From an uncultured Eubacteriales bacterium (lineage in GTDB: Bacteria; Bacillota; Clostridia; Peptostreptococcales; JAAYPU01), in assembly GCA_964429195.1 (NCBI GenBank), contig CAYSBC010000003.1, positions 729 to 64,728 of the forward strand: a stretch of DNA of 64,000 bases, read 5' to 3'. This document shows, in pieces, positions 49,151 through 57,900 of the stretch (position 1 is its first letter; the number at the start of each line of letters is the position of its first letter). The translations under genes were made by a program, and so were the position numbers. The notes under the pieces were generated by a model that did not search any database, was not told where the DNA came from, and saw nothing but the letters and a program-made list of their open reading frames with translations.

Positions 49151-49447
49151 TCAAGAATTTTGAGCACGAATACCAAATGTAACTAAAAAACCTTTATTGA
49201 ACCAACGTAAATAATCAATTTTCAAATTCCCAAAACGATTTTTTAAGTCTTTTTCAACGATTATCTCTATATCGTCAATTTTTTCAACGTAATCCTTTTC
49301 TTCATTCTTTGTCTTAACCAAGACAACCCCAAAGATGGGACCGATTCATCCAAAAGAGAGTAATACAATTCTGGCCATGTTCGTTTCATCATTCTTAAAT
49401 CGCTTATATAATTCTTCTCGCGCTTTTTTTGTTAGGATTATACTCAT
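49151..49447 (-). CDS. HesB/IscA-like selenoprotein, copy 2 (98 codons, in-frame TGA at codon 34 = 49346-49348)
   Basis: Not in the ORF track. Translation: MSIILTKKAREELYKRFKNDETNMARIVLLSFG-U-IGPIFGVVLVKTKNEEKDYVEKIDDIEIIVEKDLKNRFGNLKIDYLRWFNKGFLVTFGIRAQNS. GAGGGAGGGTGG RBS. Same TGA position as copy 1. Confidence 0.85.
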
Positions 49448-49561
49448 TATACACCACCCTCCCTCAATCAACACCCTATTACTCATATATTTCCCAAACT
49501 TTTTCAAAGTTAAACAAGAATATCTAATTCCCGTTATAATTGAGCGAACTCTATCGAATCT

Positions 49562-50455
49562 CTAGATAGAAAATAAAATCATATACACAGGAATTGTAAT
49601 CAAGGAGAAGACAGTGGACATGAATGTTCCTTTTGCGGCAAGTTCTTTGTTACCATCGTAGGTAATGCAAAGCATAGAAACATTGCTGGCTACAGGCATA
49701 CTTGTTAGAATCACGCAAATACCTAAAATCATAGGATCTTTTACAAAGAACTGCAGGACAAGCCATACCATAAAAGGCAAGAGTATGAGCTTAGTAAATG
49801 ACATAATATAAAGCATTCTGTCTTTTAAAACACTTGTTATGCTGACTGCCCCTAACGTGGAACCTAATGTTATCATGGCCAAAGGTGAAGTGATGCTTCC
49901 TATGGTGTCTAGAAATTTTGTGATTACCTCCGGAACAGGAAGTGCAAAATTAAAGATAAGAATAGCCAATACCGCTGCTATAATACCCGGATTCAATAAT
50001 TTCTTGAGTTGAAGCTTGGCTTCTTTTTGGAGAACCGAAACACCATAGGAAAATACACTTAAATTAAAAATAATCATAAATAAGGATGTGTAAAATGAGC
50101 CTAAACCGCCATACAAAGCTGTCATGATAGGAAAACCCATGAACCCCAAGTTAGGATAGGTCAACATGAGTTTATAAGTATCATCCGTCTTGAAAATTTT
50201 CTGAAAAACCGCTGCAAAAAAAGGTGTAAAGATAAAAATACCGGCGGCTAATGCGAGCACATAAAATGCAGTCATACGATTCTCCGTATCCTGCCCTATG
50301 GCAGAAGCAATAATCGATGCGGGTAAGGTTATCTTGAGTAGAAAACCGGAAAAATATTTATCAGAAACCGTATCCAGTAGGCCCAGTTTATTGCATATAA
50401 ATCCTAGAGCAATAAAGCCAAACAACAGGCATAATTGCATCACAATAGCGTTCAT
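49562..50455 (-). CDS. AEC (auxin efflux carrier) family transporter
   Basis: 297 aa, about 10 TM. AEC-like N-terminus. Confidence 0.75.
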   Translation of the reverse strand: MNAIVMQLCLLFGFIALGFICNKLGLLDTVSDKYFSGFLLKITLPASIIASAIGQDTENRMTAFYVLALAAGIFIFTPFFAAVFQKIFKTDDTYKLMLTYPNLGFMGFPIMTALYGGLGSFYTSLFMIIFNLSVFSYGVSVLQKEAKLQLKKLLNPGIIAAVLAILIFNFALPVPEVITKFLDTIGSITSPLAMITLGSTLGAVSITSVLKDRMLYIMSFTKLILLPFMVWLVLQFFVKDPMILGICVILTSMPVASNVSMLCITYDGNKELAAKGTFMSTVFSLITIPVYMILFSI

Positions 50456-50502
50456 AAGATCCTCCTCAAATGTCCTTTACTTTTTTGTTTCTTTAGACAC
50501 TA

Positions 50503-51189
50503 TTAAACAAAATAGGAACCATAGGCTCTATTCACATCTTGAACAATAATCAGACCCCTATCTCCCTTGTCCAATTCAAGCTTTTTCCGTACATTGTTTA
50601 CAATGCCTTCTGTATCATTTTCCTGAGACAAAATGATGACTATTTCTTTTTCAGGCTCTATCACCATATTAAACACTTTTGCTGTTTCATGTATCCCAGC
50701 ACCTCTTGCATTGATTATGGTTCCACCCTTTGATCCAGCCTCATTAGCCGCTTCTATAACACGTTCCGCATCCCCTCTGTTTACAATAGTCGTAATCAAT
50801 TGAAACATTGGCTTTTCCACCCTTCCTTCCCTTTCAAAAGTATCCTTACAATCATTACAGTAGTTTTCTCCAACAATACCGCATGCACTCGTACTAAAAG
50901 CAATGCCTTGATTCGGAATTGTAAACTGAAACTCCTTATTCAATTCAATTAAAGTATTATCGGCCGTATCCTTATCGGCTCCCATCATGACTATTTCCTT
51001 GTCATTATATAATCCTAAAAAATTAAAAACAGAACTCTTTCCGCTACCTTTTCCTAGCATGATGACACCACCTAAAACACCGTGTTTTTTTGCCTCCTGC
51101 AAAACCTTGCTGCCCATTCCACAGCTTGTTATCACATACATTATTTCAAAGGCCGATGAATGATTGCTAAACAACATCTTTTTCTTCAA
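50503..51189 (-). CDS. tandem P-II-like (nitrogen-regulatory-protein-like) domain protein
   Basis: 228 aa with two roughly 100-aa halves, each resembling a P-II fold (YVITSCGMGSKVLQEAKKHGVLGGVIM... and LITTIVNRGDAERVIEAANEAGSKGGTIINARG...). Overlaps the DUF1538 gene. Confidence 0.65.
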   Translation of the reverse strand: MKKKMLFSNHSSAFEIMYVITSCGMGSKVLQEAKKHGVLGGVIMLGKGSGKSSVFNFLGLYNDKEIVMMGADKDTADNTLIELNKEFQFTIPNQGIAFSTSACGIVGENYCNDCKDTFEREGRVEKPMFQLITTIVNRGDAERVIEAANEAGSKGGTIINARGAGIHETAKVFNMVIEPEKEIVIILSQENDTEGIVNNVRKKLELDKGDRGLIIVQDVNRAYGSYFV

Positions 51190-52666
51190 CTCCTTTTGGT
51201 TTTGACTTTATTTTATAAACCGCTCCCAGTGCCCCTAGTGTTAAAATGGAAGTCATGGCTATTGTTGCAAGCATACCAAAGCCATCCCTCATTAAATCGG
51301 CTCCTTCATAGGCTTGAGCAGCCCCTTGAATAAATGCCAGTATAAATGTTGCAGACATAGGACCTGTCGCTACACTCCCCGCATCAAATGCAATGCCTAT
51401 AAAAAGCTTCGGTATAAAAAACATCATCATCATACAGATCAAATATCCGGGAAGCAAATAATGCCATAATTGAATTTCAGGAGTTAAAATTCGAATAACC
51501 GAAAGAGCTACAGCTAACCCCACACCCAGTACCAATGCCACTAAAACAGCTTTCTTCTTCACATAACCACTGGTGACATTCTCAATTTGATGGGTGAGTA
51601 TATAGACAGAAGGTTCTGCCAGAATAGTGACACAACCTAATACAAAACCAAAGACAAGGATAAGCAATTGATTGTCCAATAAGGCTAAATTATGCCCTAT
51701 AGTTGCTCCGATGTCCATAAACCCTGCCTGAACACCCAGTAAAAATAAGAATAAACCGACCAGCGCAAAAACAAAGCCTACCATGAATTTGAGCATCGTT
51801 TTTTTGTCTAGTTTCAAAGAAACTTGATGCAATACCAAAAGTATTATAAATAATGGGAAAATAGCTATAAAGCTTTCCCTGAGGATATCCGGTAAGATAT
51901 TCGTAAAGGAATGGATGACAGGCTCTGCATTGGAAGCTTCCACATTGAGCTCAGCGGTAGAAGGTCCACTGGATTTCGACAACAAATTTAGAATCATAAC
52001 CGATAGAATAGCACCTGTCGAAGTAATGGCGACCAATCCGAAGCTGTCTTTTTCGGAGGCCTTGCTATCCTTTTTCAACCTTGAAACACCTGCAGAAAGG
52101 GATAGGATAAATGGAACAACAAGAATGCCTGTTGCTGAAGCTGATGAATCAAAAGCTATAGCTAGAAATTCACGGGTGGTATATAGGGCCAGTACAAATA
52201 TCAGCAAAAATATACCGATAAGTATTTTATAGAGGGGGACATTGTAAAAAATTCTTAAAAACCCCAGAGATAGCATAATCCCCATACCCAATGACACAAA
52301 AATAAGTATGGTGATACTTGATATTTTCCCCATATTAATGATACTGATTTGTTTGGCCAAAACCAATAAACTGGGTTCTGCAACAGTAATGAAAAATCCA
52401 AGTATCAGCCCGGAAATCAAAACTATCCATAGCCTATTGGATTTAACAAGGGATGTACCCAATAATTCTCCAAGAGGTATGATTCCAATGTCGACACTCA
52501 ATAAAAAAATAGTCAGTCCCAAAATCACAGCCAAGGAACCCCATATAAATCTGGCCATCAGGGTTGCATCCATCGGAGAAAATGTAAAATTCAGTATTAA
52601 AACTAATGCAGTAATCGGCAGAACCGAAGATAACACTTCTTTAAACTTCAATAGAATAGCGTTCAA
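51167..52666 (-). CDS. DUF1538-family membrane protein (double-length, internally duplicated)
   Basis: 499 aa polytopic protein. Two similar halves each contain ...EPS(L/V)..L..QI... and ...FDS(S/G)(A/S)(A/V)TGP/I... motifs. Confidence 0.65.
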   Translation of the reverse strand: MNAILLKFKEVLSSVLPITALVLILNFTFSPMDATLMARFIWGSLAVILGLTIFLLSVDIGIIPLGELLGTSLVKSNRLWIVLISGLILGFFITVAEPSLLVLAKQISIINMGKISSITILIFVSLGMGIMLSLGFLRIFYNVPLYKILIGIFLLIFVLALYTTREFLAIAFDSSASATGILVVPFILSLSAGVSRLKKDSKASEKDSFGLVAITSTGAILSVMILNLLSKSSGPSTAELNVEASNAEPVIHSFTNILPDILRESFIAIFPLFIILLVLHQVSLKLDKKTMLKFMVGFVFALVGLFLFLLGVQAGFMDIGATIGHNLALLDNQLLILVFGFVLGCVTILAEPSVYILTHQIENVTSGYVKKKAVLVALVLGVGLAVALSVIRILTPEIQLWHYLLPGYLICMMMMFFIPKLFIGIAFDAGSVATGPMSATFILAFIQGAAQAYEGADLMRDGFGMLATIAMTSILTLGALGAVYKIKSKPKGVEEKDVV

Positions 52667-52729
52667 AACTTAACCCTTTCTTCTATGTAAAATTTTGCGT
52701 AGTTTTCGCATTAATCTTTTTTATTATAA

Positions 52730-52772
52730 CATAAAAGATGCTACCCATGTTTAAAACATTTAGTAGCATCTT
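52730..52772 (-). terminator. terminator after ftsH
   Basis: AAGATGCTAC (52735-52744) / GTAGCATCTT (52763-52772) followed by TTTATG on the minus strand. Confidence 0.6.
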
Positions 52773-52786
52773 CTCTTCTCATAGCT

Positions 52787-54613
52787 TTATTGCTCTAATA
52801 TTGCCATAAATTCTTCACCCGGCATAATTTCTATTTCCATAAGACGTTTTGCTAATTCATGTAGCTTATCTTCATTTTCTTTGAGTATTTTTTTTGCTCT
52901 ATCATGGCAGAGTTTTATGATTGTAAGGACCTCATCATCAATTTTGGAAGCCGTTTCACCGGATACCAGAAGAGAAGTATCGCCACCAAGATAGGGATTA
53001 TTGACGGTTTCCAGTGCCATCATATCAAATTCTTCACTCATCCCAAACCTTGTAATCATTGATCGGGCAATCCTTGTGGCTTGCTCAATATCATTGGATG
53101 CACCGGACGTGACCGAACCAAGTGCAATCTCCTCTGCAGAACGTCCTCCTAAAAATGTCGTTATTTTAGCCAAGGCTTCTTCTTTCGATAAAAGGATTTT
53201 TTCGCCTTCTTCAACTTGCATCGTATAACCTAAGGCCCCTGAGGTCCTTGGCACGATGGTAATTTTATGGACGGGAGCTGAATTTTCCTGTTTCGCAGCA
53301 ACTATAGCATGGCCTATTTCATGATAGGCGATTGTCTTTTTGTCTTTATCGGATAAAACAGCATTTTTTCTTTGATAACCTGCTACGACAACTTCAACGG
53401 ATTCTTCTAAATCATTTTGAGTAATCGTCTTGCGTCCATGCCTTACCGCTCTGAGAGCACCTTCATTGATGATGTTGGCCAAGTCTGCCCCTGAAGCCCC
53501 CGAAGTAGAACGTGCAATCACATTAAAATCCACATCCGAGTCAAGTTTAACATTTTTTGCATGAACCTTCAAAATCTCTTCTCGGCCTCTCAGATCCGGT
53601 AGTTCAACAGGTATCCTTCTATCAAATCTTCCCGGTCTTAAAAGTGCCTTGTCAAGGGTTTCCGGGCGGTTGGTGGCGGCCAATATGACTACACCCTTAT
53701 CCGCATCAAAACCATCCATTTCTGTTAAGAGTTGATTCAACGTCTGCTCTCTTTCATCATTACCCACTGCACCGATATTTCTGCTTTTACCTATAGTGTC
53801 GATCTCATCGATGAATACAATACATGGAGCCTTTTCCTGAGCTTGTTTAAACAGATCTCTAACCCTTGCAGCTCCCATGCCTACAAACATCTCAACAAAT
53901 TCAGAACCTGAAATTGAAAAAAACGGAACTTTGGATTCACCTGCCACAGCTTTTGCGAGCAAGGTTTTTCCTGTTCCCGGAGGACCCATAAGGAGAACTC
54001 CTTTTGGAATCTTTGCTCCTATTTCTTTATACTTTTCAGGATTATGTAGGAAATCAACAACCTCCTGCAAAGCTTCCTTGGCTTCATCTTGTCCCGCTAC
54101 ATCTGCAAAGGATTTCCCTGTTTGGGCTTCAACATAAACCTTGGCATTGCTCTTCCCAAAAGACATGGCATTGCCCACGCCGCCTATTTTCCCCTGCATT
54201 CTTCGCATAAGCAATCTACCTATACCTATAAAAATGAACATAGGAATTATCCAAGACAGCAGGAAGTTTATCAGAGGTGAATTTCCCCTTGGTATCACCT
54301 TGCTGAATTTGGCTCCTGCATCGTAAAGGCGATTGACCAAATCCGGATCATCCATACGTCCTGTTATATAAATATTCTCCGTTCCCTCTCCATCCAATGT
54401 AATAAAACCTATTTGATTGTCTTGAATTTCTACATTTTGAACCTTTCCATCTTCAATTTGCTTTAAAAATGTTCCATAATCCACCTGGGTCACTTGGCTA
54501 CTCGTTAAGAGTGGCAACACAAAAATATTAATGAGCATTATAACGATTATTATAATGGTATAATAATATATCAATGGTTTTTTAGGATTATCTTCCACCT
54601 TCACTTGCATCAC
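52787..54613 (-). CDS. ftsH: ATP-dependent zinc metalloprotease FtsH
   Basis: Walker A GPPGTGKT, Walker [12 protein letters not shown] region, and zinc site HEIGHA. 608 aa with N-terminal TM helices. Confidence 0.95.
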   Translation of the reverse strand: MMQVKVEDNPKKPLIYYYTIIIIVIMLINIFVLPLLTSSQVTQVDYGTFLKQIEDGKVQNVEIQDNQIGFITLDGEGTENIYITGRMDDPDLVNRLYDAGAKFSKVIPRGNSPLINFLLSWIIPMFIFIGIGRLLMRRMQGKIGGVGNAMSFGKSNAKVYVEAQTGKSFADVAGQDEAKEALQEVVDFLHNPEKYKEIGAKIPKGVLLMGPPGTGKTLLAKAVAGESKVPFFSISGSEFVEMFVGMGAARVRDLFKQAQEKAPCIVFIDEIDTIGKSRNIGAVGNDEREQTLNQLLTEMDGFDADKGVVILAATNRPETLDKALLRPGRFDRRIPVELPDLRGREEILKVHAKNVKLDSDVDFNVIARSTSGASGADLANIINEGALRAVRHGRKTITQNDLEESVEVVVAGYQRKNAVLSDKDKKTIAYHEIGHAIVAAKQENSAPVHKITIVPRTSGALGYTMQVEEGEKILLSKEEALAKITTFLGGRSAEEIALGSVTSGASNDIEQATRIARSMITRFGMSEEFDMMALETVNNPYLGGDTSLLVSGETASKIDDEVLTIIKLCHDRAKKILKENEDKLHELAKRLMEIEIMPGEEFMAILEQ

Positions 54614-54648
54614 CTCTTCTACTTTTTATGAATATATTTTTACTTTTG

Positions 54649-55110
54649 TTATTGATTAAGCTTATTCAGCATTTCATTAAGCTTATGGACGCCTTTTATA
54701 ATATCTTCTACGGTTTCCTCTCGGTTGTTATCAATAATCTGGGAAATCCTTTTATCCATAATTTTATCTATCTCCGATAAAATCTCATTTCCCTTATCTG
54801 TCAGGTACACCTTTACCACTCTTTCATCTTCAGAATCTCGGACACGATTTAAAAAGCCCATCTGCTCCATTTTCTTGCACATAACAGACGCATTTGTCCT
54901 TGTAACAACTATATTGTCTGCCAAGCCCCCAATCGTATTAGGTCCATACCTGAATACTTCCATCAATATTCTGGCTTGAAGTATTGTTAAATCATATTCT
55001 TCGCATACAGGGCTAAGGGCATTATTTACGCTTTCATTAATCTTTCTTGTGTAATCCCAAATGATATTTTTAAATTTTGCCGCTTCCATATTCTTTGCCT
55101 CCAAGTTCAT
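54649..55110 (-). CDS. MarR-family transcriptional regulator
   Basis: 153 aa. Winged-helix (LTILQARILMEVFRYGPNTIGGLADNIVVTRTNASVMCKKMEQMGFL...DERVV). Confidence 0.85.
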   Translation of the reverse strand: MNLEAKNMEAAKFKNIIWDYTRKINESVNNALSPVCEEYDLTILQARILMEVFRYGPNTIGGLADNIVVTRTNASVMCKKMEQMGFLNRVRDSEDERVVKVYLTDKGNEILSEIDKIMDKRISQIIDNNREETVEDIIKGVHKLNEMLNKLNQ

Positions 55111-55236
55111 AGGGGAAGTTAAATTCCTACAATATGTATGAATTATATCTATTATTATCTATATATTATATGAATAATAATATTTTGTCAATAAAGCTTT
55201 CATGCCTACAAAAAATTAATAATGCTGGCACACATT

Positions 55237-55283
55237 AAAACTCCTCTACTTTCTCATGAATACTTGAAGGTAGAGGAGTTTTT
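55237..55283 (-). terminator. terminator after the radical SAM gene
   Basis: 13-bp stem AAAACTCCTCTAC / GTAGAGGAGTTTT. Confidence 0.7.
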
Positions 55284-55309
55284 AAGAGTCCTTGCAGGAA
55301 AACCTTAAT

Positions 55310-56434
55310 CTAAATCAATAACTCACCCGGCTTATAACCAGCAGGCAAGTCTTCTTCCCATAAAAACCTGAAATTTTCATCACCCAATATCGGTAAAAAT
55401 ACTGCATAAGGTATTCTGGAAAATTCGCAAACATAATTACCCGCTCCAAACCACTTACCTTCTTTGCTACCCAAATTCAGTCCTCTAGCAAATTTCGTAG
55501 TGTTTGAGCAATCATGAACTGCCAGATTCCAGTTTTCTTCGTCCGCTATTTTCATAAATTTGAGGGTTAATTCCCTACTCCATGTAGGCGATATATAACC
55601 CTGTCTTGAAATATACATATTTTCTCCGAAATAATTATCAATATTATTTTCATTTAAATGTAATTCTGCACAATTGATAAAATCAAGTTTTGTGTCCAAA
55701 ATCACTTGTTTTTTATTGAAAAATGTTTGAAAAAAGTCAGGGGTCATAGGCGTTTCAATACCTACATTCCCAATATATCGTTTCGCTATTTTAATGTTTT
55801 CAATCACCTTGTCTGAACAGTTTGTTGCCCCAAGGTTGAAGCGTATTTCATCAAGACCGGCTTCCCCCAGCTCTGCTAAATTCTTCTCTGTGGCTAAAGT
55901 ACCATTCGTATATAAATGTTGGTGGATTCCTGCATTCTTAAATTTTTTGATGATTGAATAATATTTTTCAATTTCCATGAAGGGCTCTAAAAAAACATAA
56001 GAAATTCCTGAGGGTTTCCCCTGAATAGAAAGAAGCAAGTCAATATCCTTCTCATAAAACCTTGTTCCTCCGATTTCCCACATGCCTTCTCCAACAGGAG
56101 GAATGTCCTCTAGCTCCCCATAGTTATAACAAAACTTACATTCCAAGTTGCATTTGTTTGTTTTTCGAATAGCACTCAAACCGGTTCCTATTAAACAGGA
56201 GTGGCACCCTTTAGGAAATTTTTCCTCATTCCCTACAAAATAAGTTCTATTATCCAATGTCTTCAAATTACTGATTTTCGACATGAGCTTTTCATTTCTT
56301 TTATCGATAGCTGCCTCTATTTGTGCAAAAGTTGCATAAACGATTTCCAGTTGTTTGGCCATAATTTCTTCATCTTCCGGCAAGGTTGAAAAAAATTCAA
56401 ACCACACCAATGCATCTTTCTTTGAAATCTTCAT
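55310..56434 (-). CDS. radical SAM protein, function unknown
   Basis: CNLECKFCYNY (CX3CX2C) preceded by a CHSC pair. 374 aa. Confidence 0.75.
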   Translation of the reverse strand: MKISKKDALVWFEFFSTLPEDEEIMAKQLEIVYATFAQIEAAIDKRNEKLMSKISNLKTLDNRTYFVGNEEKFPKGCHSCLIGTGLSAIRKTNKCNLECKFCYNYGELEDIPPVGEGMWEIGGTRFYEKDIDLLLSIQGKPSGISYVFLEPFMEIEKYYSIIKKFKNAGIHQHLYTNGTLATEKNLAELGEAGLDEIRFNLGATNCSDKVIENIKIAKRYIGNVGIETPMTPDFFQTFFNKKQVILDTKLDFINCAELHLNENNIDNYFGENMYISRQGYISPTWSRELTLKFMKIADEENWNLAVHDCSNTTKFARGLNLGSKEGKWFGAGNYVCEFSRIPYAVFLPILGDENFRFLWEEDLPAGYKPGELLI

Positions 56435-56458
56435 AACTTGTCCTCCCTTAATACCTCT

Positions 56459-56776
56459 TTATCCATGATGATGGTGGTGATGCGCCGATACAGCTTCTAC
56501 CTTGCACAAAATTGAATCATTATGTCCATGAGAAGATGTCTCGAGCTGTATGGTGATATGATGAATGTTTTTTTCTTCCAGGTCCTGTTCAATTTGATAC
56601 AATATACACTCCCTGTCTGCAATCGATATTTCATCTCCTACAACTGCATGACACGACAAAGCATTGAGTCCACTGCTAATTGACCAAATATGTAAATCGT
56701 GGAAGCTCTCAATACCTTTCGTGTTTCCGATCGTTTTGATGACTTCGCCTATATCTACATTATGAGGCTTATCCAT
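56459..56776 (-). CDS. stand-alone cation-diffusion-facilitator C-terminal (ZT_dimer-like) domain with His6 tail
   Basis: 105 aa. FHDLHIWSISSGLNALSCHAVV and NIHHITIQLE resemble the cytoplasmic domain of CzcD/ZitB. Ends in AHHHHHHG. No transmembrane domain is encoded. Confidence 0.6.
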   Translation of the reverse strand: MDKPHNVDIGEVIKTIGNTKGIESFHDLHIWSISSGLNALSCHAVVGDEISIADRECILYQIEQDLEEKNIHHITIQLETSSHGHNDSILCKVEAVSAHHHHHHG

Positions 56777-56805
56777 AATACCCTTTTGTTCTTCTTCATT
56801 TCCAC

Positions 56806-57900
56806 TTATTTTGTCACACCTTTATATTCAAAGATTATAAGTATGCCTTTGTACACTACACGACCAATAAACACCAATCCTATGTAGCCTACAAGGGGAT
56901 AAAATATCCCGATGAGTTCTCCAAAGGAAAATAGACCCAGAACAAATATGAATATTGCAACTAAGATTGCAAATATCCGATTTCCTCTTTCCCCACCTTT
57001 TTTAAACCTGCTGCAAACAGACCACATCATTGCGGAACAAGATGAAAACATGCCCAGTATCAAGACAATTGAAAAGACTCCGCCTAACAAATAAGACATC
57101 TTCTTAGCTAGGTAGAGTACCGGGATGGCTAAGGTTGCAGTATCTCCTGCAGTCAATAATATCGCAGTATTCATAATGACAATAGTCAGCATTATGGCCA
57201 TAGCTCCAAAAAAAGCTCCATATTTTGCTTCTTTTTTATGCTGGGCAGATATACCAAGTTGAGTAAAATAGGTGCTTCCGCTCAGGAAATTCAATGACAA
57301 ATATAAGATAGCGCTGATAATCCAATGGGGCGCTGTTTGCAACTCATTCAGCATGGCTTCATGCTTTGAAACTCCTGCAAAGTGGCTGAAATCTCGTAGG
57401 ACCGTCATCGTTCCAATTGCTAATGAAAAAACAATGATAACAGGTCCAATAGTGGAAACAACTTTTATTAATTTTTCAAATCCAATAAGATAAGTACAAA
57501 GTACCATAGCTGTCATGAGGCCCGAACCCAGATAATGATTCATTCCGTAATATTCATGCAGAGTAGCACCGGCACCGGATATAAGAACAGGCATAATCAA
57601 AAGTAGTGTCAAATGAATAACCCAGGAATAAAATGTGCCTATTTTTTCACCACAAAAATATTTAAAATGATTAAATGATGTTTCCGTTTTATGTTCATAT
57701 CCTGTAACTAATAATACTTGACCTAAAAATAAGAAACCTATTAAATTGAGCAAAACAACACCATAACTGAGGTATCCGTAACTTGCAAAAAACTGCAATA
57801 CTTCCTGCCCTGTTGCAAATCCTGAACCGATTATCCAAGCTATAAAAGCCCCTGCAAACTTTACAACTGCTTTCTTGTTACATCTATTCTGTGTATCCAT
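56806..57900 (-). CDS. YkvI-family membrane protein (amino-acid-permease-like)
   Basis: 364 aa. AWIIGSGFATGQEVLQFF N-terminal motif. About 11 TM. Confidence 0.65.
   Translation of the reverse strand: MDTQNRCNKKAVVKFAGAFIAWIIGSGFATGQEVLQFFASYGYLSYGVVLLNLIGFLFLGQVLLVTGYEHKTETSFNHFKYFCGEKIGTFYSWVIHLTLLLIMPVLISGAGATLHEYYGMNHYLGSGLMTAMVLCTYLIGFEKLIKVVSTIGPVIIVFSLAIGTMTVLRDFSHFAGVSKHEAMLNELQTAPHWIISAILYLSLNFLSGSTYFTQLGISAQHKKEAKYGAFFGAMAIMLTIVIMNTAILLTAGDTATLAIPVLYLAKKMSYLLGGVFSIVLILGMFSSCSAMMWSVCSRFKKGGERGNRIFAILVAIFIFVLGLFSFGELIGIFYPLVGYIGLVFIGRVVYKGILIIFEYKGVTK

Noticed and set aside
49000-49565. Plus-strand ORFs 49000-49182 (60 aa) and 49335-49565 (76 aa) from the ORF track
   Set aside because: They are antisense shadows of the two minus-strand HesB-like selenoprotein genes. 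They have no RBS and a low-complexity, unrecognisable sequence, whereas the minus-strand frames have strong RBSs and a recognisable fold signature.
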